Origin: an uncultured Clostridia bacterium
GTDB lineage: Bacteria; Bacillota; Clostridia; Christensenellales; UBA1242
Direction: 5' to 3'
Assembly (NCBI GenBank): GCA_944345365.1
Contig: CALVMJ010000002.1
Location: 15,517 to 79,516 of the forward strand
DNA length: 64,000 nucleotides
Shown here: in pieces, positions 28,330-36,076 of the stretch
Numbering within the stretch: position 1 is the stretch's first letter
How the letters are laid out: each line of letters starts with the position of its first letter
Notes under the pieces: generated by a model
The model's input: the letters and a program-made list of their open reading frames with translations, nothing else
What the model was told of the DNA's origin: nothing
Database searches by the model: none
Made by a program: the position numbers and the translations under genes

Positions 28330-29198
28330 ATAAAATCATAATAATTTAAAACCGAAAAATTTTTATCTTTTACTTCAAACATCACATCAATTTCTTTTGG
28401 AAGAATTTTAGCAAATTCATAGAATTGTTCTGGATCTATAAAATCAGAATGAGATCCAAGTTTTTTCCCTTCTGCTTGCTGAGAATAATGGATTTTTTGT
28501 GTGCCATCTTTCTTTTTCCAAGTGGCTCGACATTTTTCAATTCTTTCAAGTGGATCTTTTTCATTTTCATAATGATTGAGTAAAAAGTGAAGGTAGTCAA
28601 AAACGACGGGTATTCCAGTTTTGCTTGATATATATAAAACATCTTCAACGGTATAGCATCTGTCGTCGTTTTCAATAACTAGCCTATTTTTAATGTTTTG
28701 TGGAAGCTTTTCATAGTTTTCTATAAACTTTTCCATGGTTTTTGATTTATCTTTGTATGTTCCTCCAATGTGTAGTATGACCTTGCAAGAAGAGGGCATT
28801 CCCAGTGCGTCAAGATAAGAAGTGTGATAACTTAATTCTAAAACAGACCTTTTAGTTAAATCTTCATTTTCAGAGCATAAAATTGTGTATTGACCGGGGT
28901 GCATAGAAAGTCTTATCTCATTTTTTAATGCTTTTTTCCCGACTTTGGAAAACTTGTCGCTTAATATATTTTGCCAGTTTAGCTTGCAAACTTCATGAGA
29001 TGCAAACGGGACGGCGCAAGAGCTTATTCTAAATAAATGTACATCGTTTTCAATTAAATAATCTAATATCTGATCCAGAACATTTAAGTTAAATTCAGCG
29101 AGCTGTTGCAACCTTTGACAGGAAGCATTTTTTAATATGCAACTTTTCATTTTTATTTCATTTTCACCTAAAATCATTCCGACAAAACCGATATTCAT
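28308..29198 (-). CDS. uvsE: UV damage endonuclease UvsE/UVDE
   Basis: By eye it is collinear with B. subtilis UvsE: LFRISS, SMHPGQYT, ILHIGG, LVIENDD, VVFDYLHF, GSHSDFID, DVMFEVKDKN. Confidence 0.88.
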   Translation of the reverse strand: MNIGFVGMILGENEIKMKSCILKNASCQRLQQLAEFNLNVLDQILDYLIENDVHLFRISSCAVPFASHEVCKLNWQNILSDKFSKVGKKALKNEIRLSMHPGQYTILCSENEDLTKRSVLELSYHTSYLDALGMPSSCKVILHIGGTYKDKSKTMEKFIENYEKLPQNIKNRLVIENDDRCYTVEDVLYISSKTGIPVVFDYLHFLLNHYENEKDPLERIEKCRATWKKKDGTQKIHYSQQAEGKKLGSHSDFIDPEQFYEFAKILPKEIDVMFEVKDKNFSVLNYYDFIKNIGTI

Positions 29199-29204
29199 AA
29201 AAAA

Positions 29205-29233
29205 CCTCTCTTTTTATTATTTGCAAAGAGAGG
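29205..29233 (-). promoter_or_regulatory. 5'-UTR hairpin sequestering the uvsE Shine-Dalgarno
   Basis: Minus-strand RNA reads CCUCUCUUU-gcaaauaauaa-AAAGAGAGG-uuuuuu-AUG. This gives 9 perfect bp whose 3' arm is the SD. A TATAAT on the minus strand (29245-29240) would start transcription at the hairpin. Confidence 0.5.
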
Positions 29234-29511
29234 AATTTTATTATATTTCAAAATCAAGAAGGTAATTAATCCATTTTTCTTGATTATAATTACAAATTAA
29301 TTTCATAATGAATTTTTCTACTCCCTTAAAATTTTTTAATTAAGATAAGTTAATAAAGCTTTAGGGTGACTCGGTAAATGTATTCATGGGAAGAGTCACA
29401 AACCTGCCAGACGGACATCGAAGGGCTGGGCCGACTGCGAGAGTAGGTTCGCTTTGCGTGAAGCAAAGAAAAAGCACAGCTTTTTATCCTGTGCATCTTC
29501 GTTGTTTTTAC

Positions 29512-29532
29512 TGGCGGAGCACACAGGATTCG
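29512..29532 (-). other. Orphan 21-nt copy of the tRNA-Ser 3' end (T-loop to CCA), att-core-like
   Basis: tggcggagcacacaggattcg is identical to 29684-29704. Similarity to the tRNA stops there (gtgt versus aacc). Confidence 0.85.
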
Positions 29533-29633
29533 GTGTAGTGACTCGGTGAATATATTCACGGGAAGAGTCACAAACCTGCCAGACGGACATCGAAGGGTTG
29601 GGCCGACTGCGAGAGCAGGTTCGCTTTGCGAGA

Positions 29634-29666
29634 AGCAAAGAAAAAGCACAGCTTTTTATCCTGTGC
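29634..29666 (-). terminator. Terminator of tRNA-Ser (an identical second copy lies at 29462-29494)
   Basis: Minus strand reads GCACAG-gauaaaaag-CUGUGC followed by UUUUUCUUU, 17 nt after the CCA end. Confidence 0.75.
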
Positions 29667-29683
29667 ATCTTCGTTGTTTTTAC

Positions 29684-29772
29684 TGGCGGAGCACACAGGA
29701 TTCGAACCTGCGGTGCCTTGTTAGCACACCCGCTTTCCAAGCGAGCACATTAGACCACTCTGACAATGCTCC
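29684..29772 (-). tRNA. tRNA-Ser (anticodon GGA), CCA encoded
   Basis: Minus strand: GGAGCAU acceptor pairing with GUGCUCC-G-CCA. Anticodon stem CUCGC/GCGGG with loop UUGGAAA. Long variable arm GUGC..GCAC. T-arm GCAGG-UUCGAAU-CCUGU. Confidence 0.9.
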
Positions 29773-29783
29773 ACATAGGTTAT

Positions 29784-29811
29784 ATTTTACAAAAAAAAAT
29801 AAAAATGTCAA
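29784..29811 (-). promoter_or_regulatory. Promoter of tRNA-Ser
   Basis: Minus strand has TTGACA (29811-29806), a 16-nt T-rich spacer and TAAAAT (29789-29784), about 12 nt before the mature 5' end. Confidence 0.65.
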
Positions 29812-29840
29812 GTTAAAATTAATTAATTATTTACAGATTA

Positions 29841-29870
29841 TTGACAAATTGTCAAAAATTACCTTATAAT
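29841..29870 (+). promoter_or_regulatory. Promoter with palindromic operator-like -35 region
   Basis: TTGACA (29841-46), 18-nt spacer, TATAAT (29865-70). The -35 is part of the perfect palindrome TTGACAA-a-TTGTCAA (29841-55). Confidence 0.55.
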
Positions 29871-29899
29871 TTTATTAGCTATAAATTAAAAGGATACAT

Positions 29900-31111
29900 A
29901 TGAAGAGATTATTTAGGATAGGAGCTGGATTATTTTTTTATTCAATTATACCAATACTTTCTTGGCTTCTTTTAGCAATAATCTTAAATGACAGCAGAAT
30001 TTCAAATGCTTTTTCAATTACATATGCACTTCAATTTGTTTGGGCGATATTGGTATATTTGTTTGGAAGTGGAGCAAATATTTATAAGGAGAAGAAAAAA
30101 GATGATAATGCTGTTTGGAATAGTATATTTTGGGGGGTTATATTTTCTGTTGTAATTTTTTCAATACCTTTAATCTTCGTTGATAATTATATTGCATTTT
30201 TTGGTCAAGATGTAGAGTTTTACAGGATTTTTGTTATTTATAGTATCATTTTATTCTTTTTGCAAACCGTATTTTCAATTTTGATTCAAAAATTTTACTT
30301 TGAAGATAAAGAAAAAACAGCAAATCTTTATTTAATAATTTATAATTTATTAAATTTTAGTATATTAATTTTAACTTGCTTAATAACAAAAAAAGCTTGG
30401 ATAGGCATATTGGTGACGCTATTAATCTTGTTTATATATATTCTTTTCCTTTTTATCAAGGAATTTAAAAAATTTAAAATTAATTTTAAATTTATTTACA
30501 GTTTTAAATACGAATCAGCAAATATACTTTCTTCCATTTTTATGCTTTTGATATATTTATTTGGGTTTAAAAATGCATTTTCTGCAGGCCCTGAATATTT
30601 ACTTGCTTTAAACTTTGTCACTCTTTGTACTGATTCGCAGTGGGATTCATTAAAAGCAATTAGTATAACAACAAAGGTTGATATTTCAAAACAAAGATTA
30701 AAATATAATAAGCATTTGAAGGATTCATATATTTATTGTTTATGTATAATTGCTTTAAGTGTTGTTATGGTTTTTTCATTATTCAGTCTTTACGGAGTTG
30801 TTTTAGAAATTGCATTAATATATTTATCATTTAATGTGTTTGATATGTTCTTGCATCCATATAAAACATTAATAGAAATTTACACACAGCTAGAATATTC
30901 ATCTACAATTAATACTATTATTGCTTTGAGTTTAAAGTTTATCAGGTTTTTATTATCTATTCTAATTTTATCTCCATTTTGCACTGAATTTGGACAAGTT
31001 ACACAAGGAATACTAGGGTTTATTATTTATTTAATAATAAGATTAACTCTGTATAAAAATATTGAAGGAAAATTAAAAATAAAGAGTTTAAAAGCAAATA
31101 AAATCAAGTAA
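29900..31111 (+). CDS. Polytopic membrane protein (about 10-12 TM), possibly Wzx/MOP-type flippase-like
   Basis: 403 aa, very hydrophobic with short basic loops. Extremely AT-rich codons. The family assignment is a guess from topology only. Confidence 0.35.
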   Translation: MKRLFRIGAGLFFYSIIPILSWLLLAIILNDSRISNAFSITYALQFVWAILVYLFGSGANIYKEKKKDDNAVWNSIFWGVIFSVVIFSIPLIFVDNYIAFFGQDVEFYRIFVIYSIILFFLQTVFSILIQKFYFEDKEKTANLYLIIYNLLNFSILILTCLITKKAWIGILVTLLILFIYILFLFIKEFKKFKINFKFIYSFKYESANILSSIFMLLIYLFGFKNAFSAGPEYLLALNFVTLCTDSQWDSLKAISITTKVDISKQRLKYNKHLKDSYIYCLCIIALSVVMVFSLFSLYGVVLEIALIYLSFNVFDMFLHPYKTLIEIYTQLEYSSTINTIIALSLKFIRFLLSILILSPFCTEFGQVTQGILGFIIYLIIRLTLYKNIEGKLKIKSLKANKIK

Positions 31112-31162
31112 ATGTTTGACATTTGCTAGTTCTTTTATTATGCTTAATAAAAGGAGAAAAAA

Positions 31163-31744
31163 ATGAGGATTGGAGTGGATTTAGATGGGGTTGTTTATAA
31201 TTCAGAAGATTACTTTAGAGCGGAAGGGGAGTTACTTGACATAAAATTAAATGGTAAAGGAGTTGTTGATTACGAATCTTTTGATTTAATTAAAAAATTT
31301 GGATGGAAAGACAAACTTAATGAATCACTAGAAAAAGAAATAATACGCCTCAAAACTATGATTGTTAAAAAAGCACCATTTATTCCATGCTCAGTAAAGG
31401 TATTAAATATGCTGAAAAATGATGGTCATGAAATTATTATTATAACTAACAGAGGTCAAGGAAATCCTCCTGAAATTCCAATAACAAAAAAAAGGTTAAA
31501 GAGAGACAAAATACCATATTCAAAGATAATTTTTTGTGAAAATTCTAAGAAAGATAGTTGCATTGAAAACAAATTAGATGTAATGATTGATGACAGGCAC
31601 ACCTTAATAAAAGAGATTTGCGAAGTTGGAATAAAAGGACTGTATTTTAGAAATCCAGAGCTTCCAAAAATTAATCATGAAAATGCGACAGAAGTTCACA
31701 ATTGGGGAGAGATATACAGGGAGATTTCAAATTTAAAAATATAA
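31163..31744 (+). CDS. HAD-superfamily 5'(3')-deoxyribonucleotidase-like phosphatase
   Basis: Starts MRIGVDLDGVVY (DxDxV nucleophile motif). IIIITNR and MIDDR motifs. Size and layout resemble NT5C/YorS-type enzymes. Confidence 0.5.
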   Translation: MRIGVDLDGVVYNSEDYFRAEGELLDIKLNGKGVVDYESFDLIKKFGWKDKLNESLEKEIIRLKTMIVKKAPFIPCSVKVLNMLKNDGHEIIIITNRGQGNPPEIPITKKRLKRDKIPYSKIIFCENSKKDSCIENKLDVMIDDRHTLIKEICEVGIKGLYFRNPELPKINHENATEVHNWGEIYREISNLKI

Positions 31745-31801
31745 TTTAAAGGTTTGACTTTTATAACTTCTTTTAGTAAGATATATTTTGAGGAGAAAAA
31801 T

Positions 31802-32650
31802 ATGATAAAAATTACAACTGATTCAACTTGTGATTTACCAAAAAAATTATTAGAGGAAAATAATATTTCAGTTTTACCATTAATCGTAACACTTGGTGAT
31901 GAGGAATTTTTTGATAATGGGAAGGATATAAGTCAAGAAGTGATTTTCGACTTTGTTAAAAGGACAAAAACCCTTCCAAAAACAGCTGCAAGAAGCGTGA
32001 TGGACTTTGTTGACTTTTTTAAGCCGTTTGTTGACAATGGAGACACTGTTATTCATATTGGAATAGGAGCAGATTTATCAAGTTGCCACAGAAACGCAGT
32101 CCTTGCAAGCGATGAAATAGGAGGAGATAAGGTTGTTATTCTTGATAGTAAAGCACTTTCATCAGGGGTTGGTTTACTTGCCCTAGAAGCATCAAAGATG
32201 GCAAAGGAAGGGAAAAGTGTGCAAGAAATTTGTGCAGAAATTGAGAGGCTTTCTTCAATCGCCCAGGTTTCTTTTGTTGTTGACAGACCAGATTTCCTCT
32301 ATAAAGGCGGAAGGTGTTCAAGATTTTCTTTCTCTATGGGAGCAATGCTTAAAATTAAGCCAAGACTTCAAGTAATTGATGGGAAAATGATTAACACAGC
32401 AAAAGACATGGGACCAATGAGAGTTGTTCTAAAAAAATATATTGATGCGATGCTTGAAAAATATCCAAATGTTAAAAAAGAAAGGTGTTTTTTGGCTCAC
32501 ACAAAAATGGACGAAAATTTACTTAAAGAAATTGTTGAGTATGTTAAAAGCAAAAATATATTTGATGAGGTTATTCCTCAAGATGCGGGCAGTGTTATAA
32601 CAAGTCACTGTGGAGAAGGTACACTAGGAATATTATATTTGTGTGACTAA
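31802..32650 (+). CDS. DegV family fatty-acid-binding protein
   Basis: ATG 31802 follows GAGGAG. MIKITTDSTCDLP start and typical DegV length and layout. Confidence 0.85.
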   Translation: MIKITTDSTCDLPKKLLEENNISVLPLIVTLGDEEFFDNGKDISQEVIFDFVKRTKTLPKTAARSVMDFVDFFKPFVDNGDTVIHIGIGADLSSCHRNAVLASDEIGGDKVVILDSKALSSGVGLLALEASKMAKEGKSVQEICAEIERLSSIAQVSFVVDRPDFLYKGGRCSRFSFSMGAMLKIKPRLQVIDGKMINTAKDMGPMRVVLKKYIDAMLEKYPNVKKERCFLAHTKMDENLLKEIVEYVKSKNIFDEVIPQDAGSVITSHCGEGTLGILYLCD

Positions 32651-32659
32651 GGAGAGTTT

Positions 32660-33061
32660 ATGAGTTGCATATTTTGTGAAATTGTGAAGGGGAAAATACC
32701 TTGTTATAAAATTTATGAAGATGAACATACACTGGCTTTTTTGGATATAGGTCAGGAGGGATTTGGTCATACCTTGGTAATTCCAAAATCTCACTCAGAA
32801 AGTTTTATAAATTCAAACTTAGAGGAATTGACTTATTGTATTAAAACTGCCGAAAAAATCTCTAAGCATTACATTCAAAATTGTGGGTTTAGTGGAGTAA
32901 ATATACTTATCAATAATGGAGAGTCTGCTGGGCAAAGTGTAATGCATTTTCACATTCACATTATTCCAAGAAAAAATGGCGACAATATTTTGAATTGGAA
33001 AATACCAAAAGATGAAACTTCACTAGAAGAGGTGAGAAAAATGTTGGAGGTTAAGGAGTGA
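32660..33061 (+). CDS. HIT family (histidine triad) nucleotide hydrolase
   Basis: CIFCEI... N-terminus and HFHIHIIP histidine triad. Confidence 0.9.
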   Translation: MSCIFCEIVKGKIPCYKIYEDEHTLAFLDIGQEGFGHTLVIPKSHSESFINSNLEELTYCIKTAEKISKHYIQNCGFSGVNILINNGESAGQSVMHFHIHIIPRKNGDNILNWKIPKDETSLEEVRKMLEVKE

Positions 33062-33495
33062 AAAAAATAACGCTATACACCGATGGAGCTTGTTCAGGAA
33101 ATCCGGGAAAAGGTGGATACTGCGCTATATTAAAGTGGAAAGACAAGGAAAAGGTCATAAGTGGTGGTGATCAAAACACAACCAACAATCGAATGGAGCT
33201 TATGGGTGTCATAGAGGGGTTAAGTGCCTTAAAGGAAGCTTGTGAGGTGGATATATACAGCGATTCTGCTTATGTAGTAAACGCATTTTTACAAGATTGG
33301 ATCAGTTTTTGGCTTTTAAATAATTGGAAAACAAAAGGCAAAAAAGAGGTTCAAAACATTGATTTGTGGGAAAGATTAATAACACTAGTAAGAAAGCATA
33401 AAGTAACTTGGAACAAGGTTAAAGGTCACAGTGACAACGAACTAAACAACAGGTGTGATCAAATAGCAAGAGCCGAAATATTAAAATTTAATTAA
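33058..33495 (+). CDS. rnhA: Ribonuclease HI
   Basis: LYTDGACSGNPGKGGY, NNRMEL, YSDSAYV, GHSDNELNNRCDQIA (DEDD catalytic set). Confidence 0.92.
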   Translation: MKKITLYTDGACSGNPGKGGYCAILKWKDKEKVISGGDQNTTNNRMELMGVIEGLSALKEACEVDIYSDSAYVVNAFLQDWISFWLLNNWKTKGKKEVQNIDLWERLITLVRKHKVTWNKVKGHSDNELNNRCDQIARAEILKFN

Positions 33496-33520
33496 AAATC
33501 ACGGTCAATTCCGCGATTTT

Positions 33521-34087
33521 TTATTCATTATTTACAAGCGATTCATAAACATATTCATAAATGCTTGGCGCTAGACGCTTCCATTTTTGTTCAGCTTCAG
33601 TTGCGCTTTGTCTTGATGGCGCCTTAATTTTAATTTCAAACATAGGAGAGCTTATCATTGGCTCGTAAATTCTTAAAGCAACAGTATATGACCCGTCATC
33701 ATTCTTAGTATAGTTTGTTGTGTATTCCTGTGATGTTTTAACAAAAAGTTTGTTCTTCTTAACATATTCGGTTATCTTTTCTCTTAAAACATAAGGAATT
33801 CTTGTGTAGAGCTGTGCCAGACAATTTCGCCCTTCGTAAGTTATTGAATAAAGCTCTTCGTTTTCAATGTTTTGATTTTTATAGATAAAGTTTGTTTCAC
33901 TTAGGTCAATTATTATCGACACACATTCCATATAGCTTATCCAATCATTTTCCAGCGAGCAGATGTCAAGTATTGAATTTTTAGTCAAAGGAATTTCCAT
34001 TTTTTCCATAAAAAACAGAAGAATAAGTTTGTTTTTTACTTTTTCTTCATTGTTGATTTCGTCCGATATTATATTATCTATGCTCAT
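33521..34087 (-). CDS. Hypothetical protein, possibly DUF4364/PadR-like winged-helix
   Basis: SD GAGG present. N-terminal region KLILLFFMEKMEIPLTKNSILDICS looks like a winged-helix. Assignment is from memory of the family only. Confidence 0.4.
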   Translation of the reverse strand: MSIDNIISDEINNEEKVKNKLILLFFMEKMEIPLTKNSILDICSLENDWISYMECVSIIIDLSETNFIYKNQNIENEELYSITYEGRNCLAQLYTRIPYVLREKITEYVKKNKLFVKTSQEYTTNYTKNDDGSYTVALRIYEPMISSPMFEIKIKAPSRQSATEAEQKWKRLAPSIYEYVYESLVNNE

Positions 34088-34199
34088 TTGTAACCTCGTT
34101 ATTAATTTAGCAAATTTTTTTTAAAAAAGCAATTTTTTTAATATGATTATTTGTATTTTTTAATTAAATATGTTAATATAAAAAATAATGAGGTGAAAT

Positions 34200-35036
34200 A
34201 TGTTTGCACAAAGCAGTGGGGCAAAAGATGTTATAGCAGTTTGCAATGAATTTATTGAAAGCAAAATTCTTTTTGCCGACAGAAAAATTGAAAAGATTTT
34301 GGAAGCGATTGCCGAAAATGATGATGTCTACAATTTGATTGGAGAGTGCTTGGCTGTTTTTAACAAAGACAAAGAGTTCGACAAGGCTTTCACTGTTAGC
34401 TCTTCAGGGAAGGGGCATTTCATACTTCCAAGAGATGAAGCAAAAATTATTGCGTTGGTTTTTTGCTTGCTTGTTGATATAAATTCGGCAAAGTTTAGCG
34501 TTGATGAGGTTGTTGGAAAGTACTTTTTAAATGAAGAAGGAAAAAAAGATTATAAGATGTTTATGGAAAAAGTAATTGTACCTTTCAGAGATTTAATAGC
34601 TGAGGCTTTTTCAGTTTCGACTAATATTACTACACCAGAGGCGATTCAAGAAATGAAAGAAGAGAGCGAAGATTTGGATGTTGATCAGATATATTTTGAT
34701 GAAGAGGACGAACTGCCTAGCGAAAAAGACGAAAAAATTGGAGAGCTTAGCTTTAAATTTAATGATATGGAAAACTTAGAGCGAACTTTTGAATTTTCAA
34801 AAAGTATTGCTACTCAGATGTTTGAATTATTAAAACAAGAAAGAAAACAATCGGAAGAAATTAAAGATGCCAAAATCATATTAAATTCTGTCGCTAATGC
34901 TTGCGATAATAAAGACTTTCAGTTGCTTTATGCTCTTGTTTTAGGTGGAAAATATGCTTTGCGAGGAGTAAAAAGCCTCAGATTTTTAACGAAAGAGCTA
35001 TGCGATGTTGTAACATCTCAACTTTATTGTGATTAG
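34200..35036 (+). CDS. Hypothetical cytoplasmic protein (278 aa) with acidic central linker
   Basis: SD GAGGTG lies 5 nt before the ATG. No motif recognised. Confidence 0.6.
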   Translation: MFAQSSGAKDVIAVCNEFIESKILFADRKIEKILEAIAENDDVYNLIGECLAVFNKDKEFDKAFTVSSSGKGHFILPRDEAKIIALVFCLLVDINSAKFSVDEVVGKYFLNEEGKKDYKMFMEKVIVPFRDLIAEAFSVSTNITTPEAIQEMKEESEDLDVDQIYFDEEDELPSEKDEKIGELSFKFNDMENLERTFEFSKSIATQMFELLKQERKQSEEIKDAKIILNSVANACDNKDFQLLYALVLGGKYALRGVKSLRFLTKELCDVVTSQLYCD

Positions 35037-35998
35037 AAAATTATTAAACATAAAATAAAAGTTATAAAAGTTGATATAATTGCCTGAGTTAATTTTTCAA
35101 GAGTAAAGAGCCATATAGGCATCTTTACTTTTTTTAATATTGTTATAGATTGAAAGATAGTCGAAAGGCCTCCAAAAGTTATGATAAATGAGCAAAGAGG
35201 AAGGCATATTAATAAATTTTTGTAATTAGACAAATCTAAGCATCCTTTTGTTATCTCAATTAAACCTTCAAAGAATGAAGATATTGGCTGAGGAAACAAT
35301 GAAAAAACAGGATTTAAACATTCAATAATTATGAAAAACAAGCAAATAATTGCGCCCACGCTCAAAATTGATTGAACAGCAGAAAGTATAATGTCTGAAA
35401 AACTAAACTCAACTTTATTTCTCTCAGTTTTTAATTCTTTTAAATAATTTTCATTACTTGTTCTTAAATTTCTGTATAACAAACCGTTAATTAAGGCTGA
35501 AAAAATATGTGAGGCCAAAATAATATATCCGGCTAAGGGATTAAACAGCATTCCAACTCCAACGCTTCCCACAATAAACATTGGGCCACTGTTTGAACAA
35601 AAACTGCTCATTTTAAAGGCCTCTTCTTGTGATATTGTGCCGTTTTCATATAGGTCAGCGATCATCTTTGACCCAACTGGATAGCCAGATAGAATACTCA
35701 TTAAAAAAATATATCCTGAATTAGATTTTGTTTTGTAGATTTTTTTAAACGGAGAATTTATTATGCTTAAAGCATTTTCAAAACTTCCTAGATCTATTAT
35801 AATCCTTGTTAAAATCATAAACGGCAGAACGCTTGGCAAAACATTAAATGTCCAAGCAGAAATTCCGTTCATTGAAGCAGAGATAAATTTGGCAGGAGAA
35901 ATTATTATGCAGGCAATTATAATAAAAATAAGAATAGAAAAAATAAGCTTCAAATTTTTCAAAAAACACCCCTTATTGTTTGACATAAAACCTAGCAA
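35033..35998 (-). CDS. Nucleoside-recognition (Gate) domain membrane protein, YlbJ-like
   Basis: Polytopic, with Gate-domain-like segments (SGYPVGSKMIADLYENG). Shorter (321 aa) than B. subtilis YlbJ. Start codon is uncertain (TTG 35998 or ATG 35986). Confidence 0.45.
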   Translation of the reverse strand: MLGFMSNNKGCFLKNLKLIFSILIFIIIACIIISPAKFISASMNGISAWTFNVLPSVLPFMILTRIIIDLGSFENALSIINSPFKKIYKTKSNSGYIFLMSILSGYPVGSKMIADLYENGTISQEEAFKMSSFCSNSGPMFIVGSVGVGMLFNPLAGYIILASHIFSALINGLLYRNLRTSNENYLKELKTERNKVEFSFSDIILSAVQSILSVGAIICLFFIIIECLNPVFSLFPQPISSFFEGLIEITKGCLDLSNYKNLLICLPLCSFIITFGGLSTIFQSITILKKVKMPIWLFTLEKLTQAIISTFITFILCLIIF

Positions 35999-36076
35999 AT
36001 GATATACTAAAAATGCTTAAAAATTATCATAGAAATATTCTATGCAAACTATATCAATATAAGAAGGAAATAAGAA

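Larger units (their letters stand above)
29366..29704. repeat. Two-copy direct tandem repeat, period 172 bp (copy 1 29366-29532, copy 2 29538-29704)
   Basis: Manual alignment of the 167-bp units gives 6 substitutions and no indels. Each unit contains 3 hairpins, the tRNA terminator hairpin, and the 21-nt 3' end of tRNA-Ser. Confidence 0.9.

Noticed and set aside
29540-29560. The H1 palindrome GTGAATATATTCAC as a LexA (Cheo) box controlling the nearby uvsE
   Set aside because: The Cheo consensus is GAAC-N4-GTTC. This site has GAAT-N4-ATTC, it lies more than 300 bp from the uvsE start, and the other copy is degenerate (GTAAATGTATTCAT).
29366-29704. CRISPR array, or a known housekeeping RNA (SRP RNA, 6S, tmRNA, RNase P), as an explanation for the repeat
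   Set aside because: There are only two long (167 bp) units with a 5-bp joint and no spacers. I could not find the SRP domain IV motif, the RNase P GAGGAAAGUCC motif, a 6S-type end-to-end helix, or a 5' strand able to pair with the orphan acceptor 3' strand.
29350-29869. Three ORF-track ORFs (29350-29649 minus, 29396-29740 minus, 29546-29869 plus) spanning the repeat and the tRNA, plus a 22-codon ORF in copy 1 only
   Set aside because: They run through the tRNA gene and terminator hairpins. They exist mainly because this stretch is relatively GC-rich and stop-poor. All six inter-copy substitutions are non-synonymous in the long minus-strand frame. The short plus-strand ORF loses its ATG in copy 2.
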